A stretch of DNA of 64,000 nt from Octopus bimaculoides (Eukaryota). A program made the translations under genes and the position numbers. Within the stretch, counting starts at the first letter, position 1. Every line of letters starts with the position of its first letter. Under the pieces are notes generated by a model. That model saw only the letters and a list, made by a program, of their open reading frames with translations, was not told where the DNA came from and ran no database searches. Of this stretch, positions 63,310 through 64,000 are shown one piece after another. Where the stretch lies: NCBI RefSeq assembly GCF_001194135.2, contig NC_068987.1, forward strand, positions 92,865,240-92,929,239. Reading direction: 5' to 3'.

Positions 63310-63520
63310 TATATATTGTGTTCACAACCTCAACACAGCATAGATCCAATAAGGCTTGTTGTCTCATGCTTCACTGGGACTCTGAATACACGATGTCGCT
63401 TCTTATCTATTTGTCGCTACTAACCGCCACAGACCTCAAAAAGATACAGCTCAACATCTTTAGTGATGCCCGTCACCGTCTAATTTGCATGTTCCGACCT
63501 CATATAATGGGATCCAAATA
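63310..63520 (+). pseudogene. Possible Penelope-like RT fragment
   Basis: IDPIRLVVSCFTGTLNTRCRFLS resembles PxRPVVSxxxxPxYxLSKFL. A later frameshifted VT(S)LF..VP resembles SFDVTSLFTNVP. Confidence 0.35.
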
Positions 63521-64000
63521 TATGAGTGTTTCTGTGTCTCTTTATTTCAGCCTGTTTTCTAGATTGGCATAACACACCATTCCATTCTGCAACCCTTACC
63601 AATTTATAAATAGCACAAATATGTCATATAAATATTTCTCCATATCATTGCTTTCAGGTTAAATGCAAGACAACACCATACTTTACAAGAGAAAGTTAAA
63701 TTTTGCTTGTCCGTTCTTGCATATATTCTTCATATACAAAGAATCTCTCCATACGTCGAAGCGTTCCACAGGATCTATTTTTCAAGAGATATCCCGATAT
63801 TTAGAGCTTGCAAACATGCACGTTAGTTAGGAAGACCAGACCTCTAATATGCTTAATGCTTTGGTTTAACTCTGTGAGAGTGTTACTCCGAAAGTTATTC
63901 TTTGCAGAAGACATTATTATAGTTAATTGTAACAAAGCTAGCAATGCAGTGACATTTATTTATTTTTTTCATTTGTGAGGAATCAAATCTTGTAAATAAT

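Overview
AT-rich, microsatellite-dense animal genomic scaffold with 12 N gaps (607-1165, 6818-7417, 7850-8332, 15722-16018, 19935-20165, 29145-29243, 33196-33323, 35810-36132, 43796-44121, 52668-52751, 57095-57235, 59271-59280). Most gaps are bounded by simple repeats. The tRNA-derived SINEs and the retroelement mix resemble an octopus/coleoid cephalopod genome; this is recognition by eye, not a database result. I find no intact protein-coding gene, so the window reads as intergenic or deep-intronic. It is filled with decayed retroelements: R4/Dong-type RLE LINEs, an RTE, a Tx1/L1, an ancient fragmented APE-RT LINE, at least five Penelope-like fragments and a gypsy RT trace. It also holds DNA-transposon remnants (hAT and TA-flanked MITEs, a probable Helitron 3' end) and about 11 SINE copies. 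The most interesting observations are: (1) a minus-strand element at 58203-58500 joining a Pol III tRNA-like head, an (AAT)n spacer and a Penelope-type minimal hammerhead ribozyme; (2) three copies of a non-coding 400-550 bp element, each embedded in (AAT)n with fixed polarity and a precise 3' end; (3) a 133-bp-arm inverted repeat at 52878-53352; (4) a chimeric Tx1 with a duplicated, diverged RT segment; (5) one candidate 141-nt transmembrane-like exon. All protein-family calls come from motif recognition in degraded translations and need HMM/BLAST confirmation.
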